Source: Longimicrobiales bacterium | GTDB taxonomy: Bacteria > Gemmatimonadota > Gemmatimonadetes > Longimicrobiales > Gaopeijiaceae | Assembly (NCBI GenBank): GCA_965202985.1 | Contig: CBDBCF010000001.1 | Span: 1,024,001-1,088,000, forward strand | Length of the DNA: 64,000 nt | Reading direction: 5' to 3' | Shown here: in pieces, positions 17,145-27,908 of the stretch | Numbering within the stretch: position 1 is the stretch's first letter | Layout: each line of letters opens with the position of its first letter | The notes under the pieces: generated by a model | Database searches by the model: none | Seen by the model: the letters and a program-made list of their open reading frames with translations, nothing else | What the model was told of the DNA's origin: nothing | Made by a program: the position numbers and the translations under genes

Positions 17145-19519
17145 CGAGCGGCTTGCAGGCCGGGGCGGAGCGGGACGCAGGGGGCGCGGGGAAGCGGGGC
17201 GCGGGCGCTGGGGAGCGGAACGCGGAGGACGCGGGGAAGCGCGAGCTGCAGCTGGCGGTTCGGGGGATGCACTGCGCCGCGTGCGTGGGGTCGGTGGAGA
17301 AGGCGCTGGGGTCGGTGGACGGCGTGACGGAGGCTCGGGTGAACTTGGTCGAGGAGGTGGCCAGGGTCGCGGCGCGTGCGGGGGTGGAGGCGGCCCGGCT
17401 GGTGGAGGCGGTGGACGCCGTCGGCTACGAGGCCGTCGTCCTGACCGGCGCCGACGATGCCCTGGCGGCGGCGCGGGCCCGGGACGAGCGCAGGGACGCC
17501 GATTCGGCGCGGTTCATGGCCAAGTTTCGGCTGGGCGCCGCCTTGGGCGCGCCGGTCGTGGTGGTGGGCCACTGGGAGATGATCCCGGGGCTGCCGCCCA
17601 TGGAGGGACGGGTCCTCCTGGCGGCGTGGTGGTTCTCGGGGCTGGTCGCGCTCCCGATCCTGTTCTACGTGGGCGGCGGCTTCTTCGCGGGCGCCTGGGC
17701 CGCCTGGAAGCGCCGCACCGCCGACATGAACACCCTGGTCGCGCTGGGAACGAGCGCCGCCTGGGCGTACTCGACTGCTGCGGTCTTGGCGCCCGGTCTC
17801 TTTCCCGGGGGCGCGGCGCGTCCCTTTTACGAAGCCGTGGCCGTGGTGATCGCCTTGGTGGTGCTGGGCCAAGCCATGGAGGCGCGCGCCAAGGGGAGGA
17901 CCGCGCGGGCGCTGCGGGCGCTCTTCGACTTGGCCCCCGAGACGGCCGACCGCGTGACCTCGGACGGCCGCACCGAGAACGTGCCCGTAGCCAGCCTGCA
18001 ACCCGGCGACCGAGTGCGCGTGCGCCCCGGCGGGCGCGTCCCCGTGGACGGGCGGGTCGTGTCGGGGGAGAGCGAGGTGGACGAGTCGATGCTGACCGGC
18101 GAGAGCGTCCCCGTTGCCAAGTTCGCAGGCGGAACCGTGACCGGCGGAACCGTCAACGGCACCGGCGCGATGGTGGTGGAGGCCGCCCGCGTGGGCGCCG
18201 AAACAGTGCTGGCCCGGATCGTGGACACGGTTGCGCGGACCCAGGCCGCCAAGCCCCCCGTGCAGCGAACAGTGGACAAGGTGGCGGCGTGGTTCGTGCC
18301 GGCGGTGCTCGTCGTGGCCGCGGGCACCTTTGCGGCATGGTGGCTGGTCGGCCCCGAGCCCAAGCTGGCCTTTGCGTCGACCACGGCGGTCGCGGTGCTG
18401 GTGATCGCGTGTCCCTGCGCCTTGGGGCTCGCCACCCCCATCTCGGTCATGATCGCCGTCGGACAGGCAGCGAGGCACGGCGTCCTGATCCGAAACGGCG
18501 ACGCGCTCCAGAGGGCGCGGAAGGTGGACACGGTGGTGCTGGACAAGACCGGCACGCTCACCACGAACGACCTGGAGGTGACGTTCGCCGCCGAGGCGGG
18601 TGCGAGAGGGCGGAAGGGGACGGGAGGAACGACGGCGGACGCAACGGGCGACGCGAGCTTCGTCGAGGCGGCCGGCGCCGTGGCGGCGGCTTCGGAGCAC
18701 CCGGCCGGCCGCGCCGTGGCTCGATACGCGGCCCGAAGCGGCGCGCCGCCCAAGGAGGCTCTTCACTTCGCCGCGCATCCGGGCCGCGGCGCATCCGGCG
18801 TTGTGGAGGGACGGCGAGTGCTGCTGGGGTCGCCGTCGTTCCTGGCCGAAGCCGGCGTGAGCACGGAGCCGTTGGACGCAGCGCTGGGGCAGATTGCGGA
18901 ACGGGGAGAGACGCCGGTGGCGGTGGCGGTGAACGGAGCGGCGGCGGGCGTGTTCGGGGCGGCCGGGGCTCTGCGCGACGGGGCGGCCGATGCGGTGGGG
19001 CGGCTTGCGGCGGTGGGCGTCGAGCCCGTCATGCTCACGGGCGACACGGAGGAGTCGGCCGCCCAGGTGGCGCGGGCCACAGGCATCCGGCGCGTGCGAG
19101 CGCGCCTTTCGCCGGAAGAGAAGAGACGCGAAGTACGGGCTCTGCAGCGGCAGGGCCGGGTGGTGGCCATGGTGGGCGACGGGATCAACGACGCGCCCGC
19201 GCTGGCGGCGGCCGACGTGGGCATCGCCATGGGGAGCGGCGCCGAGGCGGCCGTTCGGACCGGCGACGTGGCCTTGCTGGGGGACTCGCTGCGGGGCGTG
19301 GAGACACTGTTGCGGATATCCCGGGCCGCGCAGCGGAACATCGCCCAGAACTTGGCCGGGGCGTTCGCCTACAACGTGGCGGGGATACCCGTCGCCGCAG
19401 GCGTCCTTTACCCGTCCGCGGGACTGCTCCTGTCACCTATGATCGCGGGCGCCGCCATGGCCTTTAGTTCGGTCACGGTCGTCGCGAACGCGAACCGACT
19501 GCGCAGGCGCCTTGGTTGA
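17141..19519 (+). CDS. copA: P1B-1 heavy-metal (Cu+) translocating P-type ATPase
   Basis: GMHCAAC metal-binding domain, [26 protein letters not shown] and MAFSS Cu+-type signatures. Confidence 0.92.
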   Translation: MTSGLQAGAERDAGGAGKRGAGAGERNAEDAGKRELQLAVRGMHCAACVGSVEKALGSVDGVTEARVNLVEEVARVAARAGVEAARLVEAVDAVGYEAVVLTGADDALAAARARDERRDADSARFMAKFRLGAALGAPVVVVGHWEMIPGLPPMEGRVLLAAWWFSGLVALPILFYVGGGFFAGAWAAWKRRTADMNTLVALGTSAAWAYSTAAVLAPGLFPGGAARPFYEAVAVVIALVVLGQAMEARAKGRTARALRALFDLAPETADRVTSDGRTENVPVASLQPGDRVRVRPGGRVPVDGRVVSGESEVDESMLTGESVPVAKFAGGTVTGGTVNGTGAMVVEAARVGAETVLARIVDTVARTQAAKPPVQRTVDKVAAWFVPAVLVVAAGTFAAWWLVGPEPKLAFASTTAVAVLVIACPCALGLATPISVMIAVGQAARHGVLIRNGDALQRARKVDTVVLDKTGTLTTNDLEVTFAAEAGARGRKGTGGTTADATGDASFVEAAGAVAAASEHPAGRAVARYAARSGAPPKEALHFAAHPGRGASGVVEGRRVLLGSPSFLAEAGVSTEPLDAALGQIAERGETPVAVAVNGAAAGVFGAAGALRDGAADAVGRLAAVGVEPVMLTGDTEESAAQVARATGIRRVRARLSPEEKRREVRALQRQGRVVAMVGDGINDAPALAAADVGIAMGSGAEAAVRTGDVALLGDSLRGVETLLRISRAAQRNIAQNLAGAFAYNVAGIPVAAGVLYPSAGLLLSPMIAGAAMAFSSVTVVANANRLRRRLG

Positions 19520-19579
19520 TTGCGCCCACGTCGGCGCAATACTTTGGTCCCGTTGTCCCCGTCTAGCATCGGTAGTGCC

Positions 19580-22225
19580 TTGGCCAATTCAGCCCGCGGC
19601 TCCGAGACGCCGCTCATGCGGCAGTGGCGCGAAGTCAAGTCCCGCCACAGGGACGCCCTTGTGTTCTTTCGGGTCGGCGACTTCTACGAGATGTTCTGCG
19701 ACGACGCGGAGGAAGGCGCCCGCCTGCTGGGGCTGACCCTGACCACCCGCAACAACGGCGCCGCCGGACGCGTGCCGTTGGCGGGCATTCCCGTGAAGGC
19801 GTTGGACGAATACTTGGCGCGCCTGGTCTCGCTGGGGCAGCGGGTCGCGATCTGCGAGCAGATGGAAGACCCCGCCAAGGCCAAGGGGATCGTTCGCCGA
19901 GAGGTGGTGGAGACGGTCACGCCGGGCACGGTGCTGTCCGGCGGCCTCTTGGACGCGAAGCGGAATAACTTCATCGTGGCGGCGGCACCGTTCGGCCGGC
20001 CGGCGGGAGGCCAGGTCGCGGGGTCGGCCCAGGGCGGCGCCGGGGCGCAGGCAGGCGGCGCGGTCGGGGCGCGGGTCGGCGTGGCCGCCTTGGACGTGTC
20101 CACGGCGGAGCTCGTGGTCCTGGAGTCCGCCGAAGCGTACTTGGACGAGGTCCTGGACCGCTTCGAGCCGCGCGAGATCCTGGTCCCCGAGTCATGGGAA
20201 GCCCTTGCGCCCCGCCGTCCGCCCGCCGTGCTCACCATCCGGCCCGACTGGCTGTTCGGCCTGGAGGCGGCCCAGGACGAGCTTGTGCGGCGCTATCGCG
20301 TCCAGTCGCTGGACGGCTTCGGCTTCGAGCGGGGCGACGATGCGCTGGTCTGCGCGGCCGGCGCCGTGGTCGCGTACGTGGAGGAGATCCGCCCCGGAGC
20401 TTCCGGCCACCTGCGGGCGCCCCGAGTCGAGCGTCCCCACGCGTTCATGACCCTGGACTCGATGACGCGCCGGAACCTGGAGCTGGTAGAGCCCCTGCGC
20501 GGGGGCGACGGCGGCACGTCGCTCCTGTCGGTGCTGGACGCCACGCGGACGCCCATGGGCAGCCGCCTGTTGAGAAGCTGGCTGCTGGCGCCGTTGGTGG
20601 ACCCCCAAGCGCTGGAGCGGCGCCAGTTCGGCGTGGCGGAGCTCGTGGACGCCCCGTCCGCCCGAACCGCCCTGCGCGACTCCCTGGGCAAGGTCCGGGA
20701 CCTGGACCGGCTGGCCACGCGCATCGGGTCCGAACATGCGGGGCCGCGCGAGCTGCTGGCCCTGGGAGAGTCCGCGCGCCAGCTTCCGGCGCTCGCGGCG
20801 TCGGGCGCCGAACTGGAGAGCGAGGTCCTGGCGACGCTCTGCCGGGAGCTGGACACCTTGGCCGACTTGGAATCGCTGGTGGGGCGAGCGATCTCGGCGG
20901 ACGCGCCGGCTACGCTGGCGGACGGCGGGGTGATCCACGCCGGGTTCGACTCCGAGCTCGACGAGCTGCGGCGCGCGCGCGACGGTGCGCAGGAGTTCAT
21001 CGCCGGACTCCAAGCCCGAGAACGGGAACAGACGGGGATCGCGTCGCTTCGCGTCGGCTTCAACAAGGTGTTCGGCTACTACCTGGAAGTCACCAAGCCC
21101 AACCTGCCTCGCGTTCCGCCGCGCTTCGCCCGACGTCAGACGCTGACCAACGCCGAGCGCTTCGTAACCGCCGAGCTCAAGGAGTGGGAAGAAAAGGTGT
21201 TCGGGGCCGAGGACCGAATCGCCCAGCTCGAGCAGCGCCTGTTCCGCCGAGTGCGCAGCGAGCTGGCCCAGGCGGTTCCGCGCATTCGCGAGACCGCGCG
21301 GCGGGCGGCGGCGCTGGACGTGTTGGCCGCGCTGGCGGAGGTGGCGGAGTCCCACGGCTACGTGCGTCCGAAGGTGACGGACCAGTTCGCCTACCAAGTG
21401 ACGGCAGGCCGGCACCCCGTGGTCGAGACCGTGATGCCGCGCGAGGACTTCATTCCCAACGACCTGTGCCTGGACGACGACGGACGCGTCGTGATCCTCA
21501 CCGGCCCCAACATGGCCGGAAAGAGCACCGTGCTGCGCCAGACGGGACTGATCCAGATCATGGCGCAGATGGGATCGTTCGTGCCCGCGGCGAAGGCTTC
21601 CCTGGGCATCTGCGACCGGGTCTTCACGCGGGTCGGCGCGTCCGACAGCTTGGCCCGCGGCCAGTCCACGTTCATGGTCGAGATGAACGAGACCGCGTCG
21701 ATCATTCACGGCGCCACCGAGCGAAGCCTGGTCCTGCTGGACGAGATCGGCCGCGGCACGTCCACCTACGACGGAGTCTCCATTGCGTGGGCGGTTACCG
21801 AGTACCTTCACGAGCAGGTAGGCGCCAAGACCGTCTTCGCCACGCACTACCACGAACTGACCCAGTTGAGCGACCTTCTTTCATGCGTCAAAAACCTGAA
21901 CGTGGCGGTCCGCGAGTCGGGCGACTGCATCGTCTTTCTGCGCAGGTTGGAGAAGGGCGGCGCGGACAGGTCCTACGGCATCCAGGTGGCGCGACTGGCC
22001 GGGTTCCCGCCGGAGCTGGTGGCGCGAGCCGCGGAGCTGTTGTCCGAGCTGGAAGGCGTTCCGCGGGAAGCGGCGACACCGGTGGCGGGTCCGGCCGGCG
22101 CGCAACTTTCGCTCTTCGGGGGCGAGCACCCGGTGTTGGAGCGGCTTCGAGCTCTGGACCCCGAGCGCATGACCCCGATCGACGCCCTCAACATGCTCCA
22201 GTCCTTGCGCGCTTCGGCGGTGTGA
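19580..22225 (+). CDS. mutS: DNA mismatch repair protein MutS (start uncertain, frame open from 19520)
   Basis: TPLMRQ, FRVGDFYE, TGPNMAGKST, STFMVEM, DEIGRGT, ATHYHEL, SYGIQVA. Confidence 0.97.
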   Translation: MANSARGSETPLMRQWREVKSRHRDALVFFRVGDFYEMFCDDAEEGARLLGLTLTTRNNGAAGRVPLAGIPVKALDEYLARLVSLGQRVAICEQMEDPAKAKGIVRREVVETVTPGTVLSGGLLDAKRNNFIVAAAPFGRPAGGQVAGSAQGGAGAQAGGAVGARVGVAALDVSTAELVVLESAEAYLDEVLDRFEPREILVPESWEALAPRRPPAVLTIRPDWLFGLEAAQDELVRRYRVQSLDGFGFERGDDALVCAAGAVVAYVEEIRPGASGHLRAPRVERPHAFMTLDSMTRRNLELVEPLRGGDGGTSLLSVLDATRTPMGSRLLRSWLLAPLVDPQALERRQFGVAELVDAPSARTALRDSLGKVRDLDRLATRIGSEHAGPRELLALGESARQLPALAASGAELESEVLATLCRELDTLADLESLVGRAISADAPATLADGGVIHAGFDSELDELRRARDGAQEFIAGLQAREREQTGIASLRVGFNKVFGYYLEVTKPNLPRVPPRFARRQTLTNAERFVTAELKEWEEKVFGAEDRIAQLEQRLFRRVRSELAQAVPRIRETARRAAALDVLAALAEVAESHGYVRPKVTDQFAYQVTAGRHPVVETVMPREDFIPNDLCLDDDGRVVILTGPNMAGKSTVLRQTGLIQIMAQMGSFVPAAKASLGICDRVFTRVGASDSLARGQSTFMVEMNETASIIHGATERSLVLLDEIGRGTSTYDGVSIAWAVTEYLHEQVGAKTVFATHYHELTQLSDLLSCVKNLNVAVRESGDCIVFLRRLEKGGADRSYGIQVARLAGFPPELVARAAELLSELEGVPREAATPVAGPAGAQLSLFGGEHPVLERLRALDPERMTPIDALNMLQSLRASAV

Positions 22226-22608
22226 AGCGCTTCGGCGGCGCGAAGCGGTGCTGTTTGCTGCTGTTCGCCCTCGGTTGCGCCGACGACGGGGGCGTCGAGC
22301 AGCCCCGGCCTCTGGCGGGCGATCCTCCTGTCGAGTATCCCGTGGAACTCTGGGAGCAGGACGTGGAGGGCGTCGTGCTGTTGCGGGTTCTGGTGAACGA
22401 GGAGGGGCGCGCGGACAGCGTGGAGTTGGCGGAGAGCAGCGGCCACGCGATGCTGGACTCGGCGGCGGCAAGCGGGATCGAGGCCATGAACTTCGAGCCG
22501 GCGCGGCGCCGAGCGGACGGAGCGGCCCAGGCCGCCTGGGTTCGGGTGCCCGTGACGTTCTCGAAAGCGCCCCCGGCGGACAGCGGTGCCCAGCGACGCC
22601 CTTCCTGA
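22222..22608 (+). CDS. TonB C-terminal-domain protein, probable lipoprotein
   Basis: LLLFALGC lipobox-like; YP....EGVVLLRVLVNEEG...SSG..LDSAA...FEPA..VRVPVTF. Confidence 0.82.
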   Translation: MKRFGGAKRCCLLLFALGCADDGGVEQPRPLAGDPPVEYPVELWEQDVEGVVLLRVLVNEEGRADSVELAESSGHAMLDSAAASGIEAMNFEPARRRADGAAQAAWVRVPVTFSKAPPADSGAQRRPS

Positions 22609-24001
22609 CGTGGAGGCGCGCCACCGCCGGCCCTACGAGCACGTCATGGAGCTGGTGGGATGGACGCCCCTGGTCCGCTTGACGCGCGTCGGCGGCGACC
22701 TTCGCAGTCGCGTGTACGGCAAGGCCGAGTTCATGAATCCGGGCGGTTCCGTCAAGGACCGGATCGGACTGGCCATGATCGAAGCCGCCGAAGCCGACGG
22801 TCGCCTAAAGCCGGGGGGAACAATCGTGGAGGGAACCAGCGGCAACACGGGGCTGGCCCTGGCCATGGCGGCCGCCTCTAGGGGCTACCGCTGCGTGTTC
22901 ACCATGCCCGACAAGATGAGCCAAGAGAAGGTCAAGCTCCTTCGGGCGTTCGGCGCCGAAGTGGTCATTACGCCGACGGCGGTGCCGCCGGACCATCCGG
23001 ACCACTACGTGAACCGGGCCAAGTCGATCGCGGAGGCCACTTCCGGCGGCTTTCTGGCGGACCAGTTCTACAACCGAGCCAACCCGGAAGCCCACTACCG
23101 CACCACCGGCCCCGAGATCTGGGAGCAGACGGAGGGCGCCGTGACACACTTCTTCGCGGGGGCGGGCACGGGCGGCACCATATCCGGGACGGGCAAGTAC
23201 CTGAAGGAGCGCAACCCCGACGTGCAGGTGATCGGCGTGGACCCGGTGGGATCTGTGCTGGCCGGCTACCACGCCACGGGCCGGACGGGCGAAGGCGCGC
23301 CCTACAAGGTGGAAGGGCTTGGAAACGACAAGGTCCCGGGCACGCTGGACCTGGAGTACGTGGACGAATACGTGACCGTGACGGACGGCGAGTCCTTTCG
23401 GATGGCTCGGCGCCTGGTCGTCGAGGAAGGGCTTTTCGTGGGGGGATCCAGCGGCTTGATCGTGCATGCGGCGGTGCAGCGGGCCCGGCGGATCGACGAC
23501 CCGGACGCTTGCGTGGTCGCGGTCCTGTGCGACTGGGGCGAACGGTACCTGACCAAGCAGTACGACGACGAGTGGATGCGGAACAACGGCTTCTTGGAGG
23601 AGCGCCGGAAGACGGTGGCGGAGATGGCGGCCTCGAAGCCGGACCGACTGCCCGGGCTGGTGACGGCGTCGCCCGACATGCCCGTGCGCATGGCGGTCTC
23701 CACGCTGTCGTCCCACAACGTGTCGCAACTGCCGGTCATGGTGGACGGCGAGTGCGTGGGCAGCGTGGCGGAGCGCGAACTCATGACGCGGGTCTTGGCG
23801 GACCAGGACGTGCTGGACGCCCCGGTCGAGTCGGTCATGGAGGGGCCCTACCCGATCTTGGACGAGCAGGCCGATGCCGGGGCGGCCACGCGGCTGCTGG
23901 TCGGCGGCGCCCAGGCCGTGCTGATTCGCGCGAGCGGGCAGGTGGCCGGCATCGTGACCAGCCACGACTTGGTGCGCGCGCTGGCGGCGTCTCCCGCTTG
24001 A
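22586..24001 (+). CDS. cbs: Cystathionine beta-synthase-like PLP enzyme with a C-terminal CBS-domain pair
   Basis: KAEFMNPGGSVKDR, TSGNTG, GTGGT, YKVEGLG, GGSSG; C-terminal SQLPV/GIVT CBS motifs. Confidence 0.9.
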   Translation: MPSDALPDVEARHRRPYEHVMELVGWTPLVRLTRVGGDLRSRVYGKAEFMNPGGSVKDRIGLAMIEAAEADGRLKPGGTIVEGTSGNTGLALAMAAASRGYRCVFTMPDKMSQEKVKLLRAFGAEVVITPTAVPPDHPDHYVNRAKSIAEATSGGFLADQFYNRANPEAHYRTTGPEIWEQTEGAVTHFFAGAGTGGTISGTGKYLKERNPDVQVIGVDPVGSVLAGYHATGRTGEGAPYKVEGLGNDKVPGTLDLEYVDEYVTVTDGESFRMARRLVVEEGLFVGGSSGLIVHAAVQRARRIDDPDACVVAVLCDWGERYLTKQYDDEWMRNNGFLEERRKTVAEMAASKPDRLPGLVTASPDMPVRMAVSTLSSHNVSQLPVMVDGECVGSVAERELMTRVLADQDVLDAPVESVMEGPYPILDEQADAGAATRLLVGGAQAVLIRASGQVAGIVTSHDLVRALAASPA

Positions 24002-24009
24002 GCGCTCCC

Positions 24010-25068
24010 ATGCACGTGGTCGTCTTGATGGGCGGGACCTCCGAGGAACGCGGCGTGTCTTTGGCCAGCGGCTGTCAGGTCGCCCGAGCGTTGCGCTCCG
24101 TCGGACACCGCGTGGACGGGGTCGATTCCGCCACGGGCTTGGTGTCGCCGGCCTTCGAGGAGCGCATCCTGGAATCGGGGATCGGGAGGGCCGACGCGAC
24201 GGCGCCCGCGGTGCTCGGCGGCGGACTCGTGGATGCCCGCGTCTTGGCTTCCGAGCCGGTCGTGCGGCAGGCCGACGTGGTCTTTCTGGCCCTTCACGGA
24301 GGCGCCGGCGAAGACGGCACGGTGCAGACGCTGTTGGAGACCGGCGGCGTGCCGTATGCGGGAAGCGGCCCGGTCGGCTGCGCGCTGGCCATGGACAAGG
24401 ACCTGACGAAGCGGCTTCTGCGGGACGCGGGCATCCCGACGCCGGACTGGGTGGTGGTCGGGCCGGACGGCCAGCGGAACGACCACGGGGGCGGCGGCGC
24501 TGACGCGGCGACCCGCCTGGGGCTTCCCCTAGTGGTCAAGCCCGTCTCGGGAGGTTCGTCCGTGCGGCTTGCCCTGGCCCGCACGGAGGCCGAGAGCGCC
24601 CGGGCCCAGGCGGACGCGGCGGGCACCGGCGACGCGGTCATGTGCGAGGCCTACGTGAAAGGACGCGAATTCACGGTCGGCGTGCTGGACGGCGAGGCGC
24701 TGCCTGTGGTGCAGATCGAACCCGCGCGCGAGCTGTTCGACTTCGACTGCAAGTACGAAGACGGGATGGCCCGGGAGACGGCTCCGGCCCCGATTCCCCC
24801 GGAACTGGCTGCGGCACTGCAGACCTCCGCCGTGCGCGTCCATCGCCTGCTCGGGCTGCGCCACTTTTCGCGCGTGGACTTCATGGTGGACCCGGACGGC
24901 ACGGCTTGGTGCCTGGAGGCCAACGCCCTGCCGGGGCTGACGCGCAACAGCCTGCTGCCGAAGGCCGCCGCCGCCGCCGGAATCGCCTTCCCGGCCCTGT
25001 GCGAACGCATCTGCCGGCTGGGCATGCGCCGCGGCGCCGGGCGGTTCGGGCCGGCGGACGGCCCCTGA
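24010..25068 (+). CDS. ddl: D-alanine--D-alanine ligase
   Basis: GGTSEERGVSL, LHGGAGEDG, MDKDLTK, GGSS, KY, RVDF, LEANALPG. Confidence 0.95.
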   Translation: MHVVVLMGGTSEERGVSLASGCQVARALRSVGHRVDGVDSATGLVSPAFEERILESGIGRADATAPAVLGGGLVDARVLASEPVVRQADVVFLALHGGAGEDGTVQTLLETGGVPYAGSGPVGCALAMDKDLTKRLLRDAGIPTPDWVVVGPDGQRNDHGGGGADAATRLGLPLVVKPVSGGSSVRLALARTEAESARAQADAAGTGDAVMCEAYVKGREFTVGVLDGEALPVVQIEPARELFDFDCKYEDGMARETAPAPIPPELAAALQTSAVRVHRLLGLRHFSRVDFMVDPDGTAWCLEANALPGLTRNSLLPKAAAAAGIAFPALCERICRLGMRRGAGRFGPADGP

Positions 25069-25095
25069 TCCAGCGCGCGGCTTGCGTCTGACGCC

Positions 25096-26508
25096 GTGCC
25101 GCGGCCTCGGCGCGTGACGGGCCGCGAGTCGTGGTGGCAGGTCCTCGTTCACGCGGTACGCGGCACGGGCGGAGACCCGACCAGCGGACCGCTCGCGCGG
25201 GCGGTCGTGCTCCTGGCGGTCCCCATGGTGCTGGAGATGGTCATGGAGTCGCTCTTCGCGGTGGTGGACATCTTCTTCGTGTCCAGGCTGGGCGACGCGG
25301 CCATGGCCGCGGTGGGTCTCACCGAATCGATGCTGACGCTGGTCTACACGGTCGCCATGGGACTGAGCATCGGCACCACCGCCATGGTGGCGCGGCGCAC
25401 CGGAGAGGGGAACCGAGAGGGGGCGGCCCGAGCCACGGTCCAGGCCGTGGTCCTGGGGTTCGGCGTGGCGGCCCTGATCGGCGTCGCCGGCGCCGTGTTC
25501 GCGCCCGACCTCCTTCGCCTCATGGGCGCCGACGAGACCGTCGTGGAGACGGGCACGTCCTACACGCGCGTCCTGCTGGGCGGCAACGTCGTGATCATGC
25601 TTCTGTTTCTGCAGAACGCGGCCTTTCGCGGGGCCGGAGATGCGGCCACCGCCATGCGCGTGCTTTGGCTTGCCAACGGGCTGAACATCGTCCTGGACCC
25701 ACTGCTCATCTTCGGCGTGGGACCGTTCCCCGAGATGGGCGTCCAGGGCGCGGCCGTGGCGACCACGATCGGGCGGGGCGTCGCAGTGGCGGCCCAGATG
25801 TACGTGCTGCTCCGCCGGGGCGGGAACCTGCGCGTTCGTCGGTCGCACCTGAAAGTTCGGCTCGCCGTCATGGCTCAGCTCGTACGCCTGTCCGCCACCG
25901 GCGCGCTCCAGACCTTGATCGGAACCGCCAGCTGGATACTGCTGACCCGGGTCACTGCGGCGTTCGGGCCGGCCGCGGTGGCCGGATACGTGATCGGCAT
26001 CCGCATCGTCCTTTTCGCTCTGCTGCCGGCGTGGGGGCTGTCCAACGCCGCGGCCACGATGGTGGGGCAGAGCTTGGGCGCGGGTCGCCCGGAACGCGCG
26101 GAGCGAGCGGTGTGGCTGGCCTGCAAGATGAACTTGGCGTTCCTGGGCGTCGTCGGCGTCGCGTTCTTCGCGCTCGCGCCGGTGCTGGTGAGCCTTTTCG
26201 GCGGCTCCGCAGATGCGGGGGAGGTGGCAGCCAGCTGTTTGCGGATCGTGGCCGCGGGCTTCTTCTTCTACGCCTACGGGATGGTGCTCACCGCTGCCTT
26301 CAACGGAGCGGGGGCCGTGTGGACGCCTACGTTGATCAACCTTTTCTGCTTCTGGTTGTGGGAGGTGCCGCTGGCGTGGCTCTTCGCCTTTCCCCTGGGC
26401 TTGGGACCCAACGGCGTGTTCGTCGCCATCACGATCGCCTTCTCGACCCTGGCGGTGGTGAGCGGCGTGCTCTTCAAGAGGGGCTCGTGGAAGGAGGCGC
26501 GGGCCTGA
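25096..26508 (+). CDS. MATE family efflux transporter
   Basis: LAVPMVLE, VDIFFV, NIVLDPLLIFG, GAAVAT, about 12 TM. Confidence 0.93.
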   Translation: MPRPRRVTGRESWWQVLVHAVRGTGGDPTSGPLARAVVLLAVPMVLEMVMESLFAVVDIFFVSRLGDAAMAAVGLTESMLTLVYTVAMGLSIGTTAMVARRTGEGNREGAARATVQAVVLGFGVAALIGVAGAVFAPDLLRLMGADETVVETGTSYTRVLLGGNVVIMLLFLQNAAFRGAGDAATAMRVLWLANGLNIVLDPLLIFGVGPFPEMGVQGAAVATTIGRGVAVAAQMYVLLRRGGNLRVRRSHLKVRLAVMAQLVRLSATGALQTLIGTASWILLTRVTAAFGPAAVAGYVIGIRIVLFALLPAWGLSNAAATMVGQSLGAGRPERAERAVWLACKMNLAFLGVVGVAFFALAPVLVSLFGGSADAGEVAASCLRIVAAGFFFYAYGMVLTAAFNGAGAVWTPTLINLFCFWLWEVPLAWLFAFPLGLGPNGVFVAITIAFSTLAVVSGVLFKRGSWKEARA

Positions 26509-26540
26509 CCAGAGGCCGGGCCCGACCGGCCCTCCCGGAC

Positions 26541-27908
26541 CTACGAAGCGTCGTCGATGGGTTCGGGCAGGCGCGGATCCTCGTTTTCCGTCGGCGAACC
26601 GCGGGACGGCACCGGCAGCCGACGACTCTGACGCCACAGCGGGATGGCGAACCCAACGCAGATCACGCCCACGGCAATGAGCGTCACGCTTCGAGCCCAC
26701 GCAACACCGGCGACGCCGTGACCGGGTGCAAGGAGAACAGCCGCCACGACCTGGATGACGATCGCGGTCCCCGGTGCGATCAGCGACAGCTTGATGCGCC
26801 CCAGGCCCAGGGGGAGCACGAACAGACCGCTGGTGGCGACCGATGCGAATACGCCGGGAAGCATGAGCAGGAGGAGGGCGGCGGCGTCCCCGGACTCGGG
26901 ATCGAACAGGACGATGACGTGTTCGCCAAGAAGGAACAGTCCTAGGCACGTTACGAGCGCGACCCCGATCAAGGTCGCGCAGAGGCGCAGCGCCAATCTG
27001 CGGAACCCCTCGCCGTCGGAACGAAACCAGTTCGTGCTGCACTCCGTCTGCACCGCGTGTGCGATCGGACTGGCCAGGGTCGAGGGGAACTCCGCAAACC
27101 TGCGCGCCACACCGTAGAGGCCGACTTGGACTTGTGTGGTAAGGACGCCCGCCAGCAGCATGTCCATCTGTTCGAATACGGCTCCGAGCTTTTTCGGCCA
27201 GAACGACCGCCGCAGAAAGTCGGCAACGCTGGTCGGGACAGCGCGAAGCGGCACCCGAGTCTGCCGCACCGGCAAACCCATCTGCCGGGCGGACCCCACA
27301 GCCGCAACAAAGAGACCTGTTGCGGCGAGCCCCATGCCCCCAGCCAGCACAGATACCACTGCAACCACGGAACCGCCCATAAGCCAAGCCATCGCCAGTC
27401 CCCAAACCTGAACCACGGCGCATGCAACCGTTACGGCGAATCCGCGTGCCAAACGGTCAGTCAGTCTCAAGACGGCCAAGCTGCTTGCCCGCACGTCGGT
27501 GTGCACGACCACGGTTCCGTACACGAGCAGCGCCATGGAGTCGGTCGAGCCGAGTCCGAACAGTCCGATCCCGCTAAAGGCGAACACCCCCAAGAGCCCG
27601 TAGCCCGCCAAGCCCAGCAACGCTGAGAGCTTGAAAACGGACCACATGATCGCCGCCGCTTCCCGAGGCCGGCCGTTGGCCATCGACCGGGTCATGAAGG
27701 TGGTGACAGCTTCCGGCCCCATCAGCGACGTCACGCCTTGAAACGCCAGCGCTATTGTCACGATCAACGAGAAGGCCCCGAACTGAGCCACATCCAGCAT
27801 ATTGGCCGTCAGGTACAACTGCGCTACGGACCTTGCGGATTCCACGACCGAGATGCCGACCATCCACGTCGACCGCCGCGCGACTTGTCCCTCAAGCTTC
27901 CGGAACAA
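26541..27908 (-). CDS. Wzx/MurJ-like polysaccharide flippase family membrane protein (start uncertain)
   Basis: About 12 TM; L.VAQFGAFS, D.LLAG...VGLYGVARR, GVAGVAWA; more AT-rich than its neighbours. Confidence 0.72.
   Translation of the reverse strand: MFRKLEGQVARRSTWMVGISVVESARSVAQLYLTANMLDVAQFGAFSLIVTIALAFQGVTSLMGPEAVTTFMTRSMANGRPREAAAIMWSVFKLSALLGLAGYGLLGVFAFSGIGLFGLGSTDSMALLVYGTVVVHTDVRASSLAVLRLTDRLARGFAVTVACAVVQVWGLAMAWLMGGSVVAVVSVLAGGMGLAATGLFVAAVGSARQMGLPVRQTRVPLRAVPTSVADFLRRSFWPKKLGAVFEQMDMLLAGVLTTQVQVGLYGVARRFAEFPSTLASPIAHAVQTECSTNWFRSDGEGFRRLALRLCATLIGVALVTCLGLFLLGEHVIVLFDPESGDAAALLLLMLPGVFASVATSGLFVLPLGLGRIKLSLIAPGTAIVIQVVAAVLLAPGHGVAGVAWARSVTLIAVGVICVGFAIPLWRQSRRLPVPSRGSPTENEDPRLPEPIDDAS

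Noticed and set aside
24010..25068. Van-type D-Ala-D-Lac ligase
   Set aside because: The omega-loop region has KY as in D-Ala-D-Ala ligases, and there are no vanH/vanX neighbours
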